Source: an uncultured virus (IMG/VR IMGVR_UViG_3300005201_000027)
Taxonomy: Duplodnaviria > Heunggongvirae > Uroviricota > Caudoviricetes
Strand: one strand, 5' to 3'
Virus record (IMG/VR): IMGVR_UViG_3300005201_000027
Length of the DNA stretch: 20,000 bases
Part shown: piece by piece, positions 8,804 through 15,774 of the stretch
Layout of the letters: every line of letters begins with the position of its first letter
Numbering within the stretch: the stretch's first letter is position 1
The notes under the pieces: generated by a model
What the model was told of the DNA's origin: nothing
Database searches by the model: none
The model's input: the letters and a program-made list of their open reading frames with translations, nothing else
Position numbers and translations under genes: made by a program

Positions 8804-8846
8804 GTCTTGACTTAATCATATCACTAGGAATTTATTAAGTCAAGAC
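8804..8846 (-). promoter_or_regulatory. SigmaA promoter inside a 13-bp perfect inverted-repeat operator
   Basis: TTGACT (8838-8843) -17- TATGAT (8815-8820). Arms GTCTTGACTTAAT (8804-8816) / ATTAAGTCAAGAC (8834-8846). Confidence 0.8.
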
Positions 8847-8861
8847 TTTATTTAATCTAAT

Positions 8862-10232
8862 TTATACGGCTTTACTTAGAATTTCCTCTAATTTTACGTC
8901 TGGTTTGTTTGTCCACCAAGCGGAACTACCTTTTGTAGCTCTACCGCCTTTTGGGCTAAATGTAAATCCTAATTCTTTAAGCCATGTTTGGCTAGAATCT
9001 GCTATTACCCATAATGCACCACCTTTATTACGCTTGTCAACAGTCTTGAAAGCAGGCTTTTGGACTAGTTGCACCACGTTATTTGGCTTTAATTCTTGTA
9101 AAATCGTATCATTAACACTGTTTTCTACACTAATTACGCCATTTTCGGCAGTTAAAGAAATGTTTTTAGTGTCTTTAATACCTTTTTTAGTTTTAATTGA
9201 TGCTGTCTTTAGTCGTTTAGCCCTCATTTTCCGCTTAACTAGTAGCGCATCGACTGTAATAATAGTGTGTTTTGAGATGTTTTCAAGTAATGGGGTAGAG
9301 TTATCTTGCAGTTCTGCTACTGGAATAGGGATATGGGCTAACTCAACAGATGTTTCTACTTCCTTTTTAGGGAAGCGTGTACCGTTTTCCAGTACCTTAA
9401 TCTTATTTTCTAGTCCACGGATATACAAATCCTTTTTATCTACCTTTAACTCCAGTTGCTCTAATTTATGTGATAATGTCTTATTGTCATCATTAGCACG
9501 CTCTAACATTGCCTTTAATGCCTTGTTATTATCTTTGTACCGCCCCAATTTATTGACTAAATCCATTCTTTCAAAGGTCATTTCATTCGTGTCACAATCT
9601 AAGAAAAGCATTTCCTCTAAACGGTTAAAATCAGCCCATAGATTAGAGTTTTCTGATATTAATTCTTTGTTTTGAGATTCTAGGACTAAATTTCTTGCCT
9701 CTAATTTCTCTAATTTTCCCGTTAATTCTTTACCCTCATTTTCTGCTGTTGCTAGGCTACACTCTAAATCTTCTATCATTATAGGGCTAATACTGTTGTT
9801 TTCACTCTTTAATACCAGATTATCCCGAACGTATTGGGCACGTTCGTAAGCATATAGATTATTTGGAAGTTTTTCCATGATAATATCAACCAATTCCATA
9901 CACTCTTTCATGTGATTGTCGTTAACAAAACCTAGACCCATGTCGTGGCTATCCATATGCTTATTGTAATTCCCTTGAAAATCTTCTTTAAATCCAGCAC
10001 TAGCGATAGGGGATAACTCATAGTACCCACTTGCTAGACTTTCCATCACCTCATAGGCGCTATCGCCTACCATACTTTCAAGTGCTCTAATGTCGGCAAT
10101 CTCTTGTACCCAACTTGTGTCCTCCATATCGGAAAACATTTCTTGTAAGTTGGTAGCATACTCTAACAGTTCCGCTTTCTTTAATTTCTTTAATTCCACA
10201 CCGTTTAGTAACTGTTCTTTTGTCATATTCAC
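8862..10232 (-). CDS. Large coiled-coil hypothetical protein with a Trp/Gly-rich C-terminal domain
   Basis: Heptad-rich middle. C-terminal DKRNKGGALWV..GFTFSPKGGRATKG..AWW. AAAGGTGG RBS before GTG 10232 or ATG 10226. Confidence 0.8.
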   Translation of the reverse strand: MNMTKEQLLNGVELKKLKKAELLEYATNLQEMFSDMEDTSWVQEIADIRALESMVGDSAYEVMESLASGYYELSPIASAGFKEDFQGNYNKHMDSHDMGLGFVNDNHMKECMELVDIIMEKLPNNLYAYERAQYVRDNLVLKSENNSISPIMIEDLECSLATAENEGKELTGKLEKLEARNLVLESQNKELISENSNLWADFNRLEEMLFLDCDTNEMTFERMDLVNKLGRYKDNNKALKAMLERANDDNKTLSHKLEQLELKVDKKDLYIRGLENKIKVLENGTRFPKKEVETSVELAHIPIPVAELQDNSTPLLENISKHTIITVDALLVKRKMRAKRLKTASIKTKKGIKDTKNISLTAENGVISVENSVNDTILQELKPNNVVQLVQKPAFKTVDKRNKGGALWVIADSSQTWLKELGFTFSPKGGRATKGSSAWWTNKPDVKLEEILSKAV

Positions 10233-10326
10233 TATAATTACCACCTTTATTTTTATTTTAGAATTACATTGTATATAAGTAATTCAATCGTTAGGACATA
10301 ACAGGTATGCCCATACTATCAATCAC

Positions 10327-10398
10327 TTATAAGAAACTTGCTAACACAATACCGATACCGCTTAGTAAAATCATTGCGGTTACTTTGTTGTCGCTCAT
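10327..10398 (-). CDS. 23-aa hydrophobic peptide
   Basis: GAAAGGAC RBS followed by MSDNKVTAMILLSGIGIVLASFL*. Confidence 0.5.
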   Translation of the reverse strand: MSDNKVTAMILLSGIGIVLASFL

Positions 10399-10414
10399 TT
10401 ATTACACGTCCTTT

Positions 10415-10618
10415 CTAGTCCCAATTTATGTTAAATGCTTTTTCTACCTTGATACTACAATTACTAACAAAGTCGCCCACTGCTTTATTTGTATCCTGTT
10501 CATAGACGTTTCCGACATATTTAGAATCAGAATCTCTAAACCAAACTCTTACATAATGTTTGGAAGCATCATATTCCGAACCATTCCACATATCAAGATT
10601 TAAATAAGTCTCATACAT
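10415..10618 (-). CDS. Hypothetical protein
   Basis: GAGAGG RBS. Abuts the upstream stop codon. Confidence 0.7.
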   Translation of the reverse strand: MYETYLNLDMWNGSEYDASKHYVRVWFRDSDSKYVGNVYEQDTNKAVGDFVSNCSIKVEKAFNINWD

Positions 10619-10987
10619 TTAGTTAACCTCTCTTTCTTTTACTACTTTAGATAAGAATCGTTTTAAGTTAGCGCCACTAGGCTTAATTACATATTGATAC
10701 CTACCGTCTACTACCGTATCGGGCAACAGTTCTGGACAAGTAAAGCCGTCTGCTAATGTTACTTTTAGTCCCCACGTTTTCCAACCGTAAATTAATCCGT
10801 TTTTATAATCCTGTTTTTTCATAGCGGTTAAGCTATAAATTAGGTGGTCATACTTTTTAGGAATATGGTGAGCTCCAACACTGCTATATAAATCATTTCT
10901 ATCCACCACATTATAAATGGTGGCATTAATCATAGGTTTATTCCCGTGTCCGCTATCTACTGCTATCTCATTCATGTTAATTTTCAT
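10619..10987 (-). CDS. Hypothetical protein
   Basis: AAAGGAAGTG RBS before ATG 10987 (MKINMNE). Confidence 0.75.
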   Translation of the reverse strand: MKINMNEIAVDSGHGNKPMINATIYNVVDRNDLYSSVGAHHIPKKYDHLIYSLTAMKKQDYKNGLIYGWKTWGLKVTLADGFTCPELLPDTVVDGRYQYVIKPSGANLKRFLSKVVKEREVN

Positions 10988-11067
10988 GTTAACACTTCCT
11001 TTTCGACATTCTGTTTTTAATTTTTGTGATATAATATAGGTACACATATTTAATGGAGCGTGATACA

Positions 11068-11247
11068 ATGTTAGACTTAATTTTTAATCATTCTAAACTG
11101 TTGCTAGGCTTTCTTTTTATGCTATTCGGATTAAGTGGATTTATAGGAATAGAAAGAGCGTTGCCCATACTGCTATTCCTATATTTCCCCTTTATAGCTT
11201 TTGCATTATGGGATTTATTTACTGAAATACTTGAAAATCTTTTCTAA
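11068..11247 (+). CDS. Counter-oriented two-TM membrane protein (59 aa)
   Basis: GGAGCGTGA RBS, extended -10 TGATATAAT at 11027-11035, very hydrophobic sequence. Confidence 0.6.
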   Translation: MLDLIFNHSKLLLGFLFMLFGLSGFIGIERALPILLFLYFPFIAFALWDLFTEILENLF

Positions 11248-11466
11248 CAATTCTATCAATGGTAGGATTGTTTTTCTTTTTATCTTCATAACACGCTTAT
11301 CACGACTATATAAGAACCATTCAACAGTGAACAGCAATCCGATACCCATAAACATTAAAAACATAATTTGTGCCGACATTGTTATAAGTCTTATTGGTTG
11401 TGGTTGCCATACCCTACAAATTTCCGATATACCATACATATAGCATTCCTCTAATTCTACCCACAT
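11215..11466 (-). CDS. Single-TM protein with a basic tail
   Basis: AAAGGACGTG RBS. TM segment IMFLMFMGIGLLFTVEWFLY. Confidence 0.5.
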   Translation of the reverse strand: MWVELEECYMYGISEICRVWQPQPIRLITMSAQIMFLMFMGIGLLFTVEWFLYSRDKRVMKIKRKTILPLIELLEKIFKYFSK

Positions 11467-11762
11467 ATTAACACGTCCTTTCCTGTTACTTTTACATACC
11501 CTTGTTTAATCATTGCCTCATATAGCGAGGGCATTGTATGGGGTGCTCTTAATTCAACCGCTGGTTTATATGCAATCTTTTCACCGCTAGGACGTTCCGC
11601 ATACTTTAACATTTCACCATTTAACATGTGGTAGGTGGTAACCTCATACATTCCACCTACCAGTTTTATTTCTCTAACCACGGTATCATACATCTTTCCC
11701 ACCTCTTGTTTTACTACCCATGTTCCCACATATTTGTCATTATTCATATTAACATTATTCAT
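11457..11762 (-). CDS. Hypothetical protein
   Basis: AAAGGAAGTG RBS, 101 aa. Confidence 0.75.
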   Translation of the reverse strand: MNNVNMNNDKYVGTWVVKQEVGKMYDTVVREIKLVGGMYEVTTYHMLNGEMLKYAERPSGEKIAYKPAVELRAPHTMPSLYEAMIKQGYVKVTGKDVLICG

Positions 11763-11844
11763 ATTAACACTTCCTTTATAGTTTTATTTGAACCGTAATG
11801 GATTCAATGGATAGGGCAAACGATTTGCCCTACCTATCAAGCCA

Positions 11845-12309
11845 CTACTTTAATTTAATTGCTTTTAGATAATCTTCCATTAGTTCGTCACGGTATTCCC
11901 ACAATTTATCTAAATCCCATTTATAAAACATAGGGGCACACACTTCACAATAATCTTTTTCCGTACAATTTTCTGGGTATAAATTTCCTTCTATTTTGTT
12001 TAGTAGATATTCTAATTCCACAATATCTTTAACAGCATGAGCTTTTACTATAATGCTATTGTAAATTCTCACCAACGCTTTAATTATAGTATCCTCACAT
12101 ACTTTTAACCCGTCCAGTTCACACGCTACTTTTAGTTTTTCTTCCACCTCATATGTGGGGATTAATTGGTAGAATGAAGCGCCTTGATACATTTTCTTTA
12201 AAGCATCGTAATTTGACATTTCACCACGCAAATATTTTAATGTTTCTTGATTTTCTAAAATGCTTGCCATACCCTCAATTTCAATGATAGTGTTGATTAA
12301 ATTTGTCAT
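11845..12309 (-). CDS. Hypothetical protein
   Basis: AAGGAGG RBS, 154 aa. Confidence 0.8.
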   Translation of the reverse strand: MTNLINTIIEIEGMASILENQETLKYLRGEMSNYDALKKMYQGASFYQLIPTYEVEEKLKVACELDGLKVCEDTIIKALVRIYNSIIVKAHAVKDIVELEYLLNKIEGNLYPENCTEKDYCEVCAPMFYKWDLDKLWEYRDELMEDYLKAIKLK

Positions 12310-12381
12310 ATTGTTTTCCTCCTTGTATTTAAGTTACTTATAAAGTACTTTTATAGGTTATTTTTTAGTAGCCGTTTCCAG

Positions 12382-12567
12382 CTACTTTTTTACCGATTTT
12401 CTTACTCTAATTTCCGTTCCATCAAAACTTAATTCAACGTCCCTATCTGATTCGGTTATACCCATATTTTCAATCCACATTAAAGGAATAGGCAACCTAA
12501 ACGATAGTGATTTTAATTCTTTACCCGTTTTGACAAGGTTTAATTTACTGACTTTCTTTACCGCCAT
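12382..12567 (-). CDS. AbrB/MazE/SpoVT-like regulator (cassette B)
   Basis: FRLPIPLMWIENMGITESDRDVELSFDGTEIRVRK swapped-hairpin pattern. TAATG-coupled to the upstream peptide. Confidence 0.85.
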   Translation of the reverse strand: MAVKKVSKLNLVKTGKELKSLSFRLPIPLMWIENMGITESDRDVELSFDGTEIRVRKSVKK

Positions 12568-12665
12568 TACTGTAACAACTCCATCACGTTCCGAATAATC
12601 GCAACAATAATGATTACAAGGGCTATTGCTAGTAAAGCTATTTGTAAATTTAATTTATGTCGCAT
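12567..12665 (-). CDS. 32-aa hydrophobic peptide (cassette B, peptide 2)
   Basis: GAGGTGA RBS followed by MRHKLNLQIALLAIALVIIIVAIIRNVMELLQ*. Confidence 0.7.
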   Translation of the reverse strand: MRHKLNLQIALLAIALVIIIVAIIRNVMELLQ

Positions 12666-12688
12666 ATTCTCACCTCATATGTTATAAT
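12660..12688 (+). promoter_or_regulatory. Antisense sigmaA promoter (cassette B)
   Basis: TCGCAT-17-TATAAT with extended TG, followed by hairpin AGGGGAATAAAATCCCCT (~12693-12710). Confidence 0.6.
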
Positions 12689-12715
12689 GATAAGGGGAAT
12701 AAAATCCCCTCACCA

Positions 12716-12898
12716 CTATTTGTTATTGCTACTATTTATCCACTCTAATATCCAACGGATAATAGTACCAATTGACACGGCTATTGCAAACCAATCTCTT
12801 AACCGTGTCCGTAAACTTTCTTTAGGCGCTTGCTTTTGGTTATTTGCGGTAACCTTTTGTTTAGCGCCCTTTTTGTGTTTATTTTTACGTCTAGGCAT
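12716..12898 (-). CDS. 60-aa basic peptide with a C-terminal membrane helix (cassette B, peptide 1)
   Basis: AAGGAGGTGA RBS followed by MPRRKNKHKK...DWFAIAVSIGTIIRWILEWINSSNNK. Confidence 0.75.
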   Translation of the reverse strand: MPRRKNKHKKGAKQKVTANNQKQAPKESLRTRLRDWFAIAVSIGTIIRWILEWINSSNNK

Positions 12899-12922
12899 TT
12901 CGCTCACCTCCTTATACTTAAC

Positions 12923-12959
12923 ATTATAGCACTTATAAAGTTACTTGTAAAGTACTTTT
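12923..12959 (-). promoter_or_regulatory. SigmaA promoter with a repeated operator box (cassette B)
   Basis: TTTACA-17-TATAAT with extended TG. Box AAGTTACTT(G/A)TAAAGTACTTTT occurs at 12938-12959 and 12331-12352. Confidence 0.8.
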
Positions 12960-12979
12960 TAATATTTTTAAAAATAATT

Positions 12980-13417
12980 CTATCGGCAAACTTCACTTAA
13001 ATGATTAATCCCTAATTCTTGCCATACGTTCACATTATAATATGTGGATAGGTTATGCGCATAATCTACCGTCCACGTTGGAAGCATATACCGACCGCCA
13101 ACGTATTCACAACGAATATTACTTGCCACCTCATACCATTGTTGGGCATAAGTGGATACTTCAACGCTTGCATTACCGAACACGTTGGCATAAATAATCA
13201 TACCGATAAAAATTAATAAGGGTGCTAGCAATACGGCGTTATGCCAGTCGTCACCGTTACCACCTAAGAAAGTATTTCCCTTTGCTGCTGCTGCTTTAGG
13301 TTTAGTCGTTGTGTTCTTGCTTGCTTCCAATTTGTTAGCAACTGCTTCCACAACGTCACCAACAAAAATTTTAATGTCTAGCCATAAGATTTCTAATTTT
13401 AATTTTAAGATTGTCAT
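12980..13417 (-). CDS. Hypothetical membrane protein
   Basis: AAAGAGG RBS. Central TM segment AVLLAPLLIFIGMIIYANVF. Confidence 0.75.
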   Translation of the reverse strand: MTILKLKLEILWLDIKIFVGDVVEAVANKLEASKNTTTKPKAAAAKGNTFLGGNGDDWHNAVLLAPLLIFIGMIIYANVFGNASVEVSTYAQQWYEVASNIRCEYVGGRYMLPTWTVDYAHNLSTYYNVNVWQELGINHLSEVCR

Positions 13418-13465
13418 AATAATTACCTCTTTCATTGCGCCTATGCGCTCTTTTTAATTGTTAAG

Positions 13466-13605
13466 CCTAGGCTTAATAATGGGAACAACTAGCAAGCGCA
13501 AAGCATTGTTATACAAGTTGTTCCCACGGTTAAAACTAGGATTTTATTTAAGTAGTTGAACCACGTTCCCAACAGTTTGAATTATTTGGGTGGTTAGAAC
13601 GTGGT
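13466..13605 (-). other. Two long imperfect hairpins in a leader region
   Basis: CCTAG..TGGGAACAACT / AGTTGTTCCCA..CTAGG (13466-13540) and ACCACGTTC / GAACGTGGT (13560-13605). Confidence 0.6.
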
Positions 13606-13692
13606 GCCATTGTATCGCTATCGGCTTGCTATTCGGTTGAGAAAGAACACTCATTTGATAGTGGTGCAAGACCTTTTAAAAAAATTTGTTTG

Positions 13693-13881
13693 TTACAAAT
13701 CTTTCTTTTTTTCAATCTTAATACAAGACCCGTCAAACGATAGTGTTATATCTCTATCGTTCTCACTTAATCCCATATTTTCACACCACGTTTTAGGTAG
13801 GTTAGTTCTGAAGTTTTTCGTTTCAAAACCCTTTTTATTCTTTGTCTTGTAGACAAGGGCTTTTATTGTACGTTGTTCCAT
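13693..13881 (-). CDS. AbrB/MazE/SpoVT-like regulator (cassette A)
   Basis: FRTNLPKTWCENMGLSENDRDITLSFDGSCIKIEK, a clear paralogue of 12382-12567. GAGGTGA RBS. Confidence 0.85.
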   Translation of the reverse strand: MEQRTIKALVYKTKNKKGFETKNFRTNLPKTWCENMGLSENDRDITLSFDGSCIKIEKKKDL

Positions 13882-13900
13882 TCCGTTCACCTCTATACTT

Positions 13901-13929
13901 ATTATAACATAGAGAGGGTAGTAGTGCAA
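13901..13929 (-). promoter_or_regulatory. SigmaA promoter for the AbrB-like gene
   Basis: TTGCAC-17-TATAAT with extended TG. Shares TTGCACTACTAC with the promoter at 14400-14428. Confidence 0.8.
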
Positions 13930-13999
13930 GACTTATTTTAATCTTTTTTGTAAATATTCGCCACCACACTAGCTAAAGCATGGTAGCAAGTGTTTACCG

Positions 14000-14083
14000 C
14001 TAACCGATTAGCAGAACAACAATAACACCGATTAGCAATAGGACAAATCCTAGAAAAGTTGATATAATAAACTTCTTTTCCAT
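14000..14083 (-). CDS. 27-aa hydrophobic peptide (cassette A, peptide 2)
   Basis: GAAAGGGTGA RBS followed by MEKKFIISTFLGFVLLLIGVIVVLLIG*. Confidence 0.65.
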   Translation of the reverse strand: MEKKFIISTFLGFVLLLIGVIVVLLIG

Positions 14084-14111
14084 TGCAATCACCCTTTCTA
14101 GGTGCTATAAT
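14083..14111 (+). promoter_or_regulatory. Antisense sigmaA promoter (cassette A)
   Basis: TTGCAA (14083-14088) -17- TATAAT (14106-14111) with extended TG. Confidence 0.7.
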
Positions 14112-14141
14112 TAGATACAGCACCCTTTTTTAATTTTGGTG

Positions 14142-14342
14142 TTACCCATTAGAAGCAAGCCATGCACCAACTATCATTCCGATAATTGGGCCCAGTGCCG
14201 TCAACACTATGGCTACCCACGCTATGGGTTTAGTTTTGGAGGTGTCCGAACTTTCAACCTTGATAACGAAAACGTGGGTAGACTCCATTTTAACGTTATG
14301 GTTTAGGTTGATTGTGGGAACCTCTTTTTTAGGTTCAACCAT
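14142..14342 (-). CDS. 66-aa peptide with a C-terminal TM helix (cassette A, peptide 1)
   Basis: GGGGTGA RBS. Ends IAWVAIVLTALGPIIGMIVGAWLASNG. Confidence 0.75.
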   Translation of the reverse strand: MVEPKKEVPTINLNHNVKMESTHVFVIKVESSDTSKTKPIAWVAIVLTALGPIIGMIVGAWLASNG

Positions 14343-14399
14343 TTTTTCACCCCCATTCTTATTAAGTTGTAAGTAGCTGTATTGCCTCGCTATACTAAT

Positions 14400-14428
14400 A
14401 GTATACCACGTTTTGTGTAGTAGTGCAA
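14400..14428 (-). promoter_or_regulatory. SigmaA promoter heading the leftward early region (cassette A)
   Basis: TTGCAC-17-TATACT with extended TG. Confidence 0.8.
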
Positions 14429-14529
14429 TACCTTTTACAACAAATTCTAAAAAAACTTTTCCCCACGTTTAAAATATGCCGATGTGCGCACGTGTATATA
14501 TAAGGATAGGGTGAAGAGTTAAAGCCACA

Positions 14530-15150
14530 ATTGGGATTAATTGGGATAGATGGAATATATTAGGAACACCCAACTAGGAATAATTTTAGGGAACACGTTC
14601 GGGGAATGTTAGGGATAGTATTAAGGTAGAGCGGTAAGGCAAATATTATGACCGTTGGAGTGTGGCAACGTTTTGGGTTATGAGTTGGGGCGACTTTGCT
14701 TTTAACGGTGGTAATACTATCACGTCGCACATGGTAGCGCTATCCCATATGCATAATAATCACATGGAAAGTATGCAAAACTGCATTAAAAATGATGCAA
14801 AACGAACACAAGTTTATTCAACATAAGAGAGGTTATATTGAATATAGATAATTATGTGGTGAATGTCCGCCACGGGGTAGGGGGTAGGGGTCTTTAAATT
14901 TGTTCAGGAACAGCTCTTATAGTCAATATTCACAATTTTTCTAAAATTCAAAGCAACAATTTTCCCAACCCCGATACGACAATTTTTCAGACAAAATTTT
15001 CCTTAAAATTATCCCTAATCATTTCCAAAACTTTCCGAAATTTTAAATCGAAGATTCAATTCAAAGCTTTAAACCCAAAGGGGTAGGGGCATCCCCTGCG
15101 CCCACGCTCCGCCGAACAGCTAATCGAAATTTAAATTTTCAAAATTTCTA
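14530..15150. other. Non-coding region with phased motifs and G-runs; candidate terminus or packaging region
   Basis: T(T/A)GG(G)A motifs about 10-15 bp apart at 14531-14615, GGGGTAGGGGGTAGGGG at ~14874-14890, AATTTTCC-like tracts about 11 bp apart at ~14935-15050, second GGGGTAGGGG at ~15080. Confidence 0.45.
14816..14843. other. dif-like tyrosine recombinase site (11-6-11)
   Basis: ATTCAACATAA-GAGAGG-TTATATTGAAT. The arms are 1 and 2 mismatches from the XerD arm TTATGTTAAAT. Confidence 0.6.
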
Positions 15151-15152
15151 TT

Positions 15153-15284
15153 TTAAGGATTCTTCACAGGTAAATAAAATCCAATCTCTGGGAAATTGAA
15201 TGTATCTAAGACCTCTTCTAATTTGTTTCTGTACAACCGTTTACCTACACCTGCTCTGCCATATCTTTTCATAGGTTTTGGCAA
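15153..15284 (-). CDS. Small basic hypothetical protein
   Basis: AGGAGGTGA RBS followed by MPKPMKRYGRAGVGKRLYRNKLEEVLDTFNFPEIGFYLPVKNP*. Confidence 0.6.
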   Translation of the reverse strand: MPKPMKRYGRAGVGKRLYRNKLEEVLDTFNFPEIGFYLPVKNP

Positions 15285-15296
15285 CACAATCACCTC

Positions 15297-15596
15297 CTAA
15301 TCCTCAATTGGAACGTGACGACTACCTGAATCGTGATATTTGATAACAAGCTCCAGATAATTTTCGTGGCAAGCATCGTGAAATTCAAAGTGTCTAGCTG
15401 TGTGCAATATTAACGCTAAATGTTCGTCATCGTCAATATCCTTAATCTCGTCCCAAATATCTGTACACATTGATGATAATTCCTGTTCATAAGCTTCTCT
15501 GCAAAAGGAACGCCTAAGTTTAGATTCTTTTATATGGGCATATTTTCTATAATCAGGAATCTTATCCTCTCTTATGTTGTTTATTCTAAAAATCAT
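15297..15596 (-). CDS. Hypothetical protein
   Basis: 99-aa ORF with ATGA overlap to the upstream gene. Confidence 0.65.
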   Translation of the reverse strand: MIFRINNIREDKIPDYRKYAHIKESKLRRSFCREAYEQELSSMCTDIWDEIKDIDDDEHLALILHTARHFEFHDACHENYLELVIKYHDSGSRHVPIED

Positions 15597-15757
15597 ATAA
15601 TCAATCCTAAAATAAAATTTATAATCAAAATAGATACACCGCTTACCAATTCTATAATTACAGCCTGATTCAAATTATTCGGTATACCCATAATCCTAAC
15701 CACGATTATCAAGACGATAAACGTAGTAACTGATTCTAATATGACCTTTCTAAGCAT
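15593..15757 (-). CDS. Small two-TM membrane protein
   Basis: MLRKVILESVTTFIVLIIVVRIMGIPNNLNQAVIIELVSGVSILIINFILGLII*. Confidence 0.55.
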   Translation of the reverse strand: MLRKVILESVTTFIVLIIVVRIMGIPNNLNQAVIIELVSGVSILIINFILGLII

Positions 15758-15774
15758 CGCTTGACGTTCCGTTA

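Noticed and set aside
8905..9675. 256-aa plus-strand ORF and similar antisense ORFs (821-1057, 16531-16872, 18614-18907)
   Set aside because: They are antisense shadows of real genes, with no RBS or motifs.
8517..14005. Shared 10-mer ACCGCTAACC at 8517 and 13996
   Set aside because: One 10-mer match is expected by chance in 20 kb.
14803..14816. LexA (Cheo) box-like CGAACACAAGTTTA
   Set aside because: The right half is degenerate and no promoter is associated with it.
14874..14890. Canonical G-quadruplex
   Set aside because: There are only three G-tracts, not enough for a standard three-tier intramolecular quadruplex.
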